This document shows, one piece after another, positions 19,860-29,126 of a stretch of DNA of 64,000 nt. The translations under genes were made by a program, and so were the position numbers. Position 1 is the first letter of the stretch. Every line of letters begins with the position of its first letter. Below the pieces are notes generated by a model. It had not been told where the DNA came from. It saw only the letters and a program-made list of their open reading frames with translations, and ran no database searches. This stretch comes from Nostoc sp. DedSLP01 (GTDB lineage: Bacteria > Cyanobacteriota > Cyanobacteriia > Cyanobacteriales > Nostocaceae), in assembly GCA_034530875.2 (NCBI GenBank), contig JAVRCJ020000013.1:128001-192000 (forward strand). The letters run 5' to 3'.

Positions 19860-20798
19860 CTAAACCGACATGACAAAAAAGGAACTAGTTAACATTAAAC
19901 AATGCCAGCCTGTAAATAACATATAAGTTCTACGATCTGCTTGAGAAGTACGATATACCAAAATTCTTGCTGCTATGCTCCAACTTGCGATCGCCAATAT
20001 CCCATCCCATAAAAGAACAGCGAAGTGGTTTCCTGCAGGTAGCATCAAAATAATATGCACAAATAAAGGCAGCAAGCCAAATCCTAAACTCAGCACAACT
20101 CGACTAGTCATCTCTCCAAAAACAAGGGGAAAGGTCTTTCGTCCTACTGTGCGATCGCCTTCCATATCTCGCAGGTCTTGTATATGAGCCAAGACCAGCC
20201 ACACTCCAGCCAGAAATCCGATCCATTCCCAAGCAATTGCAGTTAATGGAGTAACCATTTGCCATGCCGCAGCAAAGATTGAGAATATTCCTCCTGCAAT
20301 AAATAGGTTTTTAGTTAACCAATGATGACTCAAACCTAAGCAGTCATGCACAATTACACAAAACAGTCCCAAACATGCCCATTCCAAAATTTCTAAGTAT
20401 GCCCCAAAAGCAATTAGGAGTATGATGGCGATCGCAAAACGTACCTGCGCCCCACGATATGAAACCATTCCTGAAACTAAAGGGCGATCGGGCTTATTGT
20501 GTCGATCTTCTTCAAAACCAACCAGTTGGTTTGGGATGCAGCAAGTTGTGAGACATAGCCAAAAGTAAAGTGTACTCTGTCCTAAAGTCAGCGCCCACTC
20601 AATTAATGATGATGTATGCGTATGTAGAGCAGTGCTAGTAAATACTAATCCAGGCAAAAGTACGGCTGTAATATCTCTTCTCACAAACAACCAATTGAGC
20701 CTTGCCTCATGAAACAGCAGTGTTATCACTTGATAAATATTGTCAAATTTAATACTTAAAATTAAACGCTCGATATTCTGCTGATGTACCAAATGCAT
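19860..20798 (-). CDS. UbiA-family membrane prenyltransferase or possible terpene cyclase
   Basis: NQLVGFEEDRHNKPDRPL and QDLRDMEGD aspartate-rich motifs; multiple TM helices. Confidence 0.85.
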   Translation of the reverse strand: MHLVHQQNIERLILSIKFDNIYQVITLLFHEARLNWLFVRRDITAVLLPGLVFTSTALHTHTSSLIEWALTLGQSTLYFWLCLTTCCIPNQLVGFEEDRHNKPDRPLVSGMVSYRGAQVRFAIAIILLIAFGAYLEILEWACLGLFCVIVHDCLGLSHHWLTKNLFIAGGIFSIFAAAWQMVTPLTAIAWEWIGFLAGVWLVLAHIQDLRDMEGDRTVGRKTFPLVFGEMTSRVVLSLGFGLLPLFVHIILMLPAGNHFAVLLWDGILAIASWSIAARILVYRTSQADRRTYMLFTGWHCLMLTSSFFVMSV

Positions 20799-21225
20799 AG
20801 TTTGATATTAAATTCAAGATTACTATATCTATAGTTCCCCTTGTATAAAAACAATTAACAACAGCCAATAGATTGCTTAGTTAAATTTTTGACAAATTCC
20901 TACTTATTGCTTGTCTATCGTGCTTGTGCTGGGCTTCTCTGCGAGATGCTTTGCGTAGCTTGCTTCCCCGCAGGGGTACGCGCACCATATACAGCACTGG
21001 TGAGGTACAGATAATCAAGCTATGCTGCCTCTACCCATGTACTTCTTTAGCTGAAATATGCTGTAAATAAATTTTCTAAATCAAAACGGATTGCTATAGC
21101 AATTTGATAATATGAACAAAAAGAGCGAATGTCTGTTTTAAAAAGTGACGCTCTACGGCAAGCCCCAAAGCGTCTACAAGCGGCTTTTCAATAATGCCCT
21201 CTTCACCACAGATAACAAAAACATT

Positions 21226-21804
21226 ATGGCAAAGCGTAAAAAAAGCAATCTTCAGTGGATTAAAGAAACGCTTGAATTAAAGCCCGATCATCGCTGGGAA
21301 TCTCCATCAGGCTACAAAATATTTGTCGCTAATCGGGGGGCTGTTCGCTTCAATGTTCCTCAAAATTGGGTTTTTGAGCCACAAGAAAAATCCTTCAAGT
21401 TCATGGATAAAAAACCGCCTAACGATGATTGCTGTCTGGAAGTATCTTTTAATCAGCTGCCCCCCCATGATTGGAGCGAGTTTCCCCTCAAATCTACCTT
21501 GAGAAAAGTCGTAGAAGACGACAGTCGCAACCCCATTGAAAAAGGAGAAATTATTACTGTCAAGCGTCAAACCGCGAGAATTGTCTGGACACAGATTAAA
21601 TTTATTGACACTCAAGAAGAACCACGGGAAGCTTTTTCTCGAATTTGTATTGGTTTAGGATCGAATGTTCAGTGCTTGATTACATTTGATTATTGGACAG
21701 ACCAAGCAGAACAACTAATACCCGTTTGGGATGAAGTAATGCGTAGTCTGACACTAGGATTGTATATCCGCGACCCCATGACTGGTCTGGCTTTCCCAGA
21801 CTAA
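21226..21804 (+). CDS. Hypothetical protein
   Basis: Long ORF; ATG at 21226 (MAKRKKSNLQW) preferred; no function recognised. Confidence 0.75.
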   Translation: MAKRKKSNLQWIKETLELKPDHRWESPSGYKIFVANRGAVRFNVPQNWVFEPQEKSFKFMDKKPPNDDCCLEVSFNQLPPHDWSEFPLKSTLRKVVEDDSRNPIEKGEIITVKRQTARIVWTQIKFIDTQEEPREAFSRICIGLGSNVQCLITFDYWTDQAEQLIPVWDEVMRSLTLGLYIRDPMTGLAFPD

Positions 21805-21847
21805 AATCCAACCATCATATTGAGCTACTTATCTTTGCAAACAAACT

Positions 21848-22939
21848 CTAGCAAGGCAAATAAACACTGACAGTTGTTCCTTTTTGTGGAATGCTATCGA
21901 TTGTCAATTCACCGCCATATAAATTCACTATATGCTGAACGATAGCTAGTCCTAAGCCAGAGCCTTGCTGTTCGTAAGACTTACGATTAAATTGGAGAAA
22001 TGCGCCAAATTTTTCAATTTCTTGTGGTGTCATTCCTCGGCCATTATCAATTATATGTAATTGAAATTTGCGATCGCGGATATTAGCGATAACTTGCACT
22101 TCGCTGCTAGGCGAAGAAAATTTAAAAGCATTGTCCAGTAATTCTTCAATGATGATACTAAGTTTTTCTTCTGTTATTTTTACCGTAGATGCTTGCAATT
22201 CCAGCTTTAAATCTTTTTCTCTGCCTACTTCTCTAGCTTTTATCTGAGAAATTACATTAATAACTTTATCGCTAGAACATCGATCTGGCTGTTCTTGAAT
22301 TTTACGGAATTTCTCAGGACTTTTTGCGATTAATTCCAGGTCGCTATAGAGTAAAAATCTTTGAGTTAATCGATATAATCGATTAGCAGATGTGTAAATT
22401 AATTCGGCAATTTCGATTTCTTCAGATTCAGGCATGACGTCACAATTTTCCATTAACAACTGTGACATACCAAGAATACCATTTAAAGGAGTATTCAGTT
22501 CGTGCGGTAATGACTGGGCAATATTTATTCTGAGTTCATCTAGTTTAGCTTGAGATTGGCGCTCAATTAAAGCGTGTTTCTCAAGACGAGAAGCAATCGC
22601 ACTCAGTAATTCTTCAGGTGTAAATGGTTTAGTTAAATAATCATCAGCTCCAAAATCCATACCTTTACGAAAATCTGAACGCTCTGCTTTAGCAGAGAGA
22701 AATATCAAAGGTATATTTATAGTTGCTTCGTTTTGGCGCAAAGCAGACAGTACGCTATAGCCATCTAACTCTGGCATCATGATGTCGCAGATAATTAAAT
22801 CCGGTAATTCGGTTGTAGCAATTTCTAATCCAATTCGACCGTTGGCAGCTATTAAAGTTTGAAAATCAGAAAGTTGTAAAATTTGCTGAATATTTTCTCT
22901 GACTTGAGGCTCGTCTTCTATGATTAAAATTGTGCTCAT
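21848..22939 (-). CDS. Hybrid response regulator-histidine kinase (REC-HisKA-HATPase)
   Basis: ILIIEDE, CDIMMPELDG, LPHELNTPL, DNAFKFS, GSGLGL. Confidence 0.92.
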   Translation of the reverse strand: MSTILIIEDEPQVRENIQQILQLSDFQTLIAANGRIGLEIATTELPDLIICDIMMPELDGYSVLSALRQNEATINIPLIFLSAKAERSDFRKGMDFGADDYLTKPFTPEELLSAIASRLEKHALIERQSQAKLDELRINIAQSLPHELNTPLNGILGMSQLLMENCDVMPESEEIEIAELIYTSANRLYRLTQRFLLYSDLELIAKSPEKFRKIQEQPDRCSSDKVINVISQIKAREVGREKDLKLELQASTVKITEEKLSIIIEELLDNAFKFSSPSSEVQVIANIRDRKFQLHIIDNGRGMTPQEIEKFGAFLQFNRKSYEQQGSGLGLAIVQHIVNLYGGELTIDSIPQKGTTVSVYLPC

Positions 22940-23101
22940 CTGCAAATGTAAATAAATTATTTTTCGCAAAGTTGATAAGAATTTTCTATCCAGACGAAAA
23001 TTATAGCCAACTGAGTAAATTAGCTATGATTTATAGGTAATAACAGTTTTTTCAGCCTAACCTTGATTATTAGTGAAAGATTAATTCTTAGTTAACCTCT
23101 T

Positions 23102-23836
23102 TTATTTATTATGATTTAATAAATTTAATGTTTGCATAATTTTGGCATTTTCTGGAGTCAGCAATGTTTGTAAATGCTTGATTTCATTCAAAAGCATCAT
23201 TTCTCTGGCATACTCTTGTTGTAGGATACTCAAGTAGCGATCGCGCTCAACTTCTGATTGAGCTTTTTTTAGCATATAGATTGCCATATTAATATTTGAA
23301 AGTGGGTTACCTAAGTCCTGTAAAAGCTTTTGTAAAACCTCATTATAAGTTTGTGCTAGTTGTTGACTCTCTTGCAGTTTTTGTAAATTTACTTGTATCT
23401 CCTGCTTCAGGTTGGCATTTTTTTGATGCTCTTGTTCGTATTGCTTTTGAATTAAAATAGGTTTTTCTAACCGAGCCAATCTAACTTTAATAGCTTTCAG
23501 TAGTTCTTCTGGAGAGAAAGGTTTTGTCAGGTAATCATCGGCTCCTAATTCCATACCTTGGCGTAAGTCACCACGGTCTACTTTTGCAGTCAGAAAAATT
23601 ACTGGAATAGATTCAGTGACTGGATCTTGGCGTAAGGCCGTCAGCACAGCATAACCGTCAAGTTCTGGCATCATCACGTCACAACATATCAGGTCTGGTT
23701 TTTCTACTTTAGCCAGTTGTAATCCTTCTAAACCATTATTTGCAGTAATAGCATCAAAATCTGAGAGACTTAAAATCTGTTGAATATTTGAGCAAATTTG
23801 GGATTCATCTTCAATTACTAATATTTTTTTGTTCAT
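23102..23836 (-). CDS. Response regulator with C-terminal coiled coil and HisKA-like region
   Basis: REC domain (LVIEDE, CDVMMPELDG, LTKPF); tail LLQDLGNPLSNI. Confidence 0.9.
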   Translation of the reverse strand: MNKKILVIEDESQICSNIQQILSLSDFDAITANNGLEGLQLAKVEKPDLICCDVMMPELDGYAVLTALRQDPVTESIPVIFLTAKVDRGDLRQGMELGADDYLTKPFSPEELLKAIKVRLARLEKPILIQKQYEQEHQKNANLKQEIQVNLQKLQESQQLAQTYNEVLQKLLQDLGNPLSNINMAIYMLKKAQSEVERDRYLSILQQEYAREMMLLNEIKHLQTLLTPENAKIMQTLNLLNHNK

Positions 23837-23987
23837 TAGCTTATATAACTAGTAGTTTTTAGTTGGTAGTTCTGTTATGTCTCTAGAAAAGTTAATGGAA
23901 TCTTTCAACTTTACTATTTACTAAATAGGACCCGATGATTTATTGTTCCCCAAAATTATTTACTAATAACATATTAAATGGATAATT

Positions 23988-26900
23988 TTAAGCTACAGAT
24001 TTTTTGGTTACGAGAGGTAATTCCACTCTAAATGTCGTACCTGCTCCGAACTGGCTAGCAAGACTAATTCTGCCTCTATGAAGGTCTATACACTTATTGA
24101 CTATTGCCAAGCCTAATCCAGTTCCTGGTGTATTCCCAACATTACTAGCTCGGTAGAATGGTTCAAATAACTTTTTTTGTTCTTCTGGTAAAATACCAAT
24201 ACCTTCATCTTGAATCAGAAAAACTGCACTTCCATCTTGAATTAACAAATTAATTTGAATATTATTACTATTTGGTGAATATTTCACAGCGTTAGACAGC
24301 AAATTACTTAATATTTGTCGTAAAAGTTTCTTGTCCATACAAGCTGTCAAGCGCTCGTTTGTTGATGAATTGCTCAAGCTCTGAAAAGAGAAGGCTAGAG
24401 TATGATTAGGAGAACTAAGTTGAATTTCTTCTACCAAAGATCGGCAAAAATCAATCAAATCAATATAAGCTGGTTCAAATGCTAATTTTCCAGCTTCAGC
24501 TTTATTAATTAGTAAAATATCATCTAAAAGTTGAGTAGTGTGTTGCACATAAGTCTGAATGCACTGGAGATGTTTGTGTTTTTGTTGTTCGTCTAGTTTA
24601 TCGCTAAAACTTTTTAATATTCCAGCAGACGAAGCAATCACTGCTAAAGGAGTTCGGAATTCGTGAGAAGTCATAGAAATGAAACGAGATTTTAACTCGC
24701 TGAGTTCTTTTTCTTTTGCTAAAGTTTTACGAATATTTTCCTCAGCTTGTTTGCGTTCGCGGATATCTTTAACTACTCCAATTATAGAAATCGGCTTTCC
24801 AATTGAATCTCTAATTAAAGAAACTGTGAGATTGACCCAGATTAAATTCCCATCTTTATGTAAATAGCGCTTTTCTAGAGAAAAGGTGTCTAATTCTCCA
24901 GCTATTAATATCTGTAATTTCTTTAAATGAACTTCTATATCTTCTGGATATGTAATATCTCGAAAATTTTTGTTCAATAGTTCTTCTTGGCTATAACCTA
25001 ACATTTCACACAGCTTCTGATTACCTTTGACAAAACGACCTTCTAAAGTTTCTAATTTAATTCCTACAGCTGCTTGATGAAAAATAGCCCTTAGTTCTGC
25101 CTCACTTTCTTGCAGTTCTAAAGTACGTTGCTGAACTCTATTTTCTAAATCTCGGTTAAGTTTTTGTAGAGCTTCTTGCGCTCGTTGTCGTTGTAATTCA
25201 GCAGATGCTCTGGCTGCAAATACTTTCAGGATTCCTTGAAACCTCTCGGGGTCAGGTATGGGTTTTTCATCTACTATGCATAGCGAACCAATCGAATTAC
25301 CAAAATTATCGCTCAAAATAACTCCCATAAAACTTTCGGCTTCCATTGCTGCCCATCTTTCAGCTTCAGGAAAGAGTTGGTGAATGCCGCAATCACAGTA
25401 GTAAAATCCTTGCTGGCGCAAAATTTCACAAGGCGTTGATTTGGGGTTATATGAAATATTAGGCTGTAATTGGTTATCAGACCAAAATCCTAAAGTATGA
25501 AGTTCGCTGTCTACGAACTCTGTGACGAAAGCCTCCCTAACATCTAAAGTCGAAGAAATGTGTTCGACTAATGCTGGAAAAAAGTCACGTCCAGTTATAG
25601 AAGCTGTACTTTCTATCAAACTTTGTAAGGCAATTTCAGCTTGTTTGCGTTTTGTAATATCAATTCCTACTGCAACAGTGGCTGTGTTTTGTTGATATTT
25701 TTGAGCTATGACTAAGTAATTATATATTTTTCCATTGATTTGGAGATCGATAACTCTAGAATCTGATAAATTTTGTCTAGCTAAAAATCCTCGCATAAAT
25801 TCTATAAATTGGGCGCTGTTTTCCATAAATCCCAATTCTTGACCGATAAAAGCATCCGTAGTCAAGTTAAAACTTTCAGCTAAATGGCGATTAACTCCTA
25901 AATAACGTCCATCAGAATTTACCCAAGAAACAAACCCAGGAACAGCATCCAAAACTGTTTGTAATTGCTCTTTTGCTTGTTGGAGATTTTTTTGGGATTG
26001 TTTGTATTCAGTGATGTCTTCGGAGATACATAACAAATATTCGGGTTGTTGGTCTTTGTCATACAGAGGAATTTTAGTTGTATGTAAAATTCTTCTACCA
26101 AAGCTAGGAGTGTCGATAAATTCTTCAGAAATATCTTGAGCTACGCCGCTAGCAAAAGCTGCTTGGTCTTGTTGTCGGAAATAGTCTGCTTGTTCTTTGG
26201 AAAAGAATTCATAATCTGTTTTGCCAATAGCCTCTTCGGCCGCGATACCAAATAGAGATTCGCTGCTATGATTCCAGAGTTTGAATTGTCCGAAATTTTG
26301 TGGTTTAGCATCTTTGACAAAGACTGCAACCGGAAGATTATTAATCATTGATTGGAGAAAGTTGCGAGTCTGCTGGAGTTCTTCTTGAGCTTTTCGACTC
26401 TCAGTAATATCTGTGCCCGTACAGATGATATACTCAACTTGGTTATTGCGATTCAGTAAAACTTTGTTTGACCAAGAGATTAAGCGGCGATCGCTATCTT
26501 TGGTAATTAAACAAGTTTCATAACTTTGAGGAAATTCTCTCTCTGCTAAATGTTGAAAAATAGCTTTGATACATTCTGTTTTTTCAGCTAATAGCAGTAC
26601 ATCCCAAACAAATTTTCCTTTAGCGATATCAAATGGATAACCCGTAGCTTGTTCGCAAGTATGATTGAAACGAACAATTCTTCCTTGACCATCTAATACA
26701 ACCACTAAAGCATCTGTGAGGTTAAAAATTGCGGAAATAAAATTACGTTCTAAGCGCAATTCTCCCTCAATTCGTCGGCGTTCTGCAAGTTTAACTCGGG
26801 CATAATTGTAGAGTCCTGCTTGTTGAATGGTAACTGCTAAAAGACTCTTAGGTGTTACTAATCCAATTACTTCCCCTTGCTCTCCAATAATAGGCAGATG

Positions 26901-27305
26901 GTAAATCCGATATTGCCTCAGCAGATTTAATGCAGTAAAAACATCTTTAAAATCTTCTATCTTCAGGGTGATTAACTCTCTGGTCATTACTTCAGCAACA
27001 GTGATACTGTCCAGACTCTTTTTTTGTGCTGTCAGTTTGATTAAGTCGCTTTGTGTAATTATTCCCACCAAGTGCGAGTTGTCTACCACTAGAACGCAAC
27101 TGTCAACTTGAGATGCAATGTTATCTATCTCTTGATTTGAGTTGTTCGCTAAATTATTATTTGTCAGTGGCAGGCCATTAAAATTCCCTTGCGTCTCATT
27201 GATGAGTGCGATCGCATCTGTCAGTAGAATCTCAGAGTTAACACTAAGAGGCTGACGGATGATAGTCAAGTGTAAATTATCAGGGCTGTGAGAGTTAAAA
27301 ACCAT
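23988..27305 (-). CDS. CBS-PAS-GAF sensor histidine kinase
   Basis: N-terminal CBS pair, several PAS/PAC repeats, SHEFRTPL, NAVKYS, GTGLGL. Confidence 0.92.
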   Translation of the reverse strand: MVFNSHSPDNLHLTIIRQPLSVNSEILLTDAIALINETQGNFNGLPLTNNNLANNSNQEIDNIASQVDSCVLVVDNSHLVGIITQSDLIKLTAQKKSLDSITVAEVMTRELITLKIEDFKDVFTALNLLRQYRIYHLPIIGEQGEVIGLVTPKSLLAVTIQQAGLYNYARVKLAERRRIEGELRLERNFISAIFNLTDALVVVLDGQGRIVRFNHTCEQATGYPFDIAKGKFVWDVLLLAEKTECIKAIFQHLAEREFPQSYETCLITKDSDRRLISWSNKVLLNRNNQVEYIICTGTDITESRKAQEELQQTRNFLQSMINNLPVAVFVKDAKPQNFGQFKLWNHSSESLFGIAAEEAIGKTDYEFFSKEQADYFRQQDQAAFASGVAQDISEEFIDTPSFGRRILHTTKIPLYDKDQQPEYLLCISEDITEYKQSQKNLQQAKEQLQTVLDAVPGFVSWVNSDGRYLGVNRHLAESFNLTTDAFIGQELGFMENSAQFIEFMRGFLARQNLSDSRVIDLQINGKIYNYLVIAQKYQQNTATVAVGIDITKRKQAEIALQSLIESTASITGRDFFPALVEHISSTLDVREAFVTEFVDSELHTLGFWSDNQLQPNISYNPKSTPCEILRQQGFYYCDCGIHQLFPEAERWAAMEAESFMGVILSDNFGNSIGSLCIVDEKPIPDPERFQGILKVFAARASAELQRQRAQEALQKLNRDLENRVQQRTLELQESEAELRAIFHQAAVGIKLETLEGRFVKGNQKLCEMLGYSQEELLNKNFRDITYPEDIEVHLKKLQILIAGELDTFSLEKRYLHKDGNLIWVNLTVSLIRDSIGKPISIIGVVKDIRERKQAEENIRKTLAKEKELSELKSRFISMTSHEFRTPLAVIASSAGILKSFSDKLDEQQKHKHLQCIQTYVQHTTQLLDDILLINKAEAGKLAFEPAYIDLIDFCRSLVEEIQLSSPNHTLAFSFQSLSNSSTNERLTACMDKKLLRQILSNLLSNAVKYSPNSNNIQINLLIQDGSAVFLIQDEGIGILPEEQKKLFEPFYRASNVGNTPGTGLGLAIVNKCIDLHRGRISLASQFGAGTTFRVELPLVTKKSVA

Positions 27306-27578
27306 TATGCAGATGCCTGAAAGAAAATAGTTTTAAAGAAGTAACAACCAGATTTTTACCTATAAATATCTAAAAATCCTCAGTATTTTCTATGATAAAA
27401 AATTCTTCATATTTGGTGTTGAAAGATTCAAATATAACAATTGCAGCAAAGTTGAGGATTTAAAGAAGGCAGTAGACAATTCTTGCTAGAGGCCGTTTTT
27501 GTAACGAAGATTTATACCCCATTCCAAAAAGTTTTCGCCTTAAAAGATGAGGTTTTAGACTTGATTGTTTCGATAAAA

Positions 27579-27653
27579 TAACACGGTTTAGTTAAGCTGT
27601 TTTCCGTTGCTTCCCCTACTTCACAGATAAACTTCCTTAACTAAACCGTATTG
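27579..27653. mobile_element. Short MITE with the same TIR family as 36630-36729
   Basis: ACACGGTTTAGTTAAG ... CTTAACTAAACCGTAT inverted ends. Confidence 0.6.
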
Positions 27654-27728
27654 AGACATCAACTGTTTGCCAAACGGGAACACCCAAAAGAATTTTAAGC
27701 CTGTGCTCTGCGTAAGAGCGATCGCACT

Positions 27729-28151
27729 TTAAAACATCAGGCTGTGTTTGTCATCCCAGCACTTATCATCATACCAATCTCTGCCGGTGTGTTCGCACTC
27801 CAACTTATCAGTAATCCAGGGAATAGATGTAGGATAAACATTAGAAGATGACATAAAAGAACTCATTGAAGAAAGAAGATAAAATATCAGCATAAAACTA
27901 GAGGTTGAGAGAATAATTAAAGCTCCTAAAGAAATCGTAGAATTCAGAGGAGTGAATAAAGGATTTGTAGGTTTTTGAGACTGTAATTTCTGTTGATTGC
28001 GACGTTCTATACCTGCTAAAGACATTATCTTAAAACTCCTAATTGTATTGAAAAGTTTGAGAAATACAGAATTCATAATCGAATTTTCTACTATTGGCAG
28101 ATGTCGATCGGGATTTAAGCCTGAATAAATTGAATATTTGGTGGTTTTCAA
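27729..28151 (-). CDS. Hypothetical single-TM protein with C-terminal Cys pair
   Basis: Hydrophobic segment followed by ECEHTGRDWYDDKCWD; start uncertain. Confidence 0.6.
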   Translation of the reverse strand: MKTTKYSIYSGLNPDRHLPIVENSIMNSVFLKLFNTIRSFKIMSLAGIERRNQQKLQSQKPTNPLFTPLNSTISLGALIILSTSSFMLIFYLLSSMSSFMSSSNVYPTSIPWITDKLECEHTGRDWYDDKCWDDKHSLMF

Positions 28152-29126
28152 TTAGTGGTGTATCTGAATCTGCCAGTAATTAATTATGAATTTTGAATGC
28201 TGCATTATTATTCAAAACATAAAGGATAGATGCTGATTTTAGCCCTGTTGTTGGATTTTGATTTTTCTCTCAATCCAAAATAATTTAGTAATGTTACAAG
28301 GTTTTATTTTATTTATAGTGCCTTGCGTTTACATAAATTTATTATTCCGGTTTTGTAGAAAAAAATAATCCAGGAAAAACAGGAAATTTTTGATTTATTT
28401 ATTTGAGAGAATTTACTTTGATAGTAATTTGGGATTTAATCAGAAATACTGAACCGCCACTCTGGGATTATCTGTAAGTTCGAGGAGATGTATAGCAGGA
28501 TGATACAGAAAACAACTAATTAACAAAACCTCAATAGCCATCTGGCTGATGATTAAAATCATTACAGCCCTTCTAAAACAAAGGTTCTGACAGTGTTGTT
28601 GTAACTGTTAGTAAATAAATTTGCACTTAGAAAATCTACTGAAAGCTTTCAGTCAGTCGTTCAGTACGATCGCGAAACTGATTTGTGCATACTACGCAAC
28701 AGAAAAGCGCAGTCAAAATTTAAGCTCTGTATCAATTTGGCTAAATTATTGAAAATCACACAGATTAACCTTTTTTTGGGAAGTATAAACATACAGCAGG
28801 TTGCAACTAAATGAGGTACACAACTGGAAAATTAAATATAGAAATTCTTCTTCTACCTCCTGCCCCCTGCCTCCTGCCTCAGAACCAGTTAATTTGTACC
28901 TCATGCAAATCAAAACTGCTGTAAGTGAGGCATTTCGGCTGTTATACCAATTCACTAAAAGTTTGAAACAGATCCAAATTTAGAAACCCTTGTAAAATAA
29001 GGATTTCTTAATTTTGAATTTTGAATTGGTATTATGCCCTCATTTCGTTATCGAGGGTGGCCTCGGTTTTGATTATCAAGGCTAGAAAAATTTTTTGAAG
29101 CGCGATCGCATTTGTATTTTTAATTT

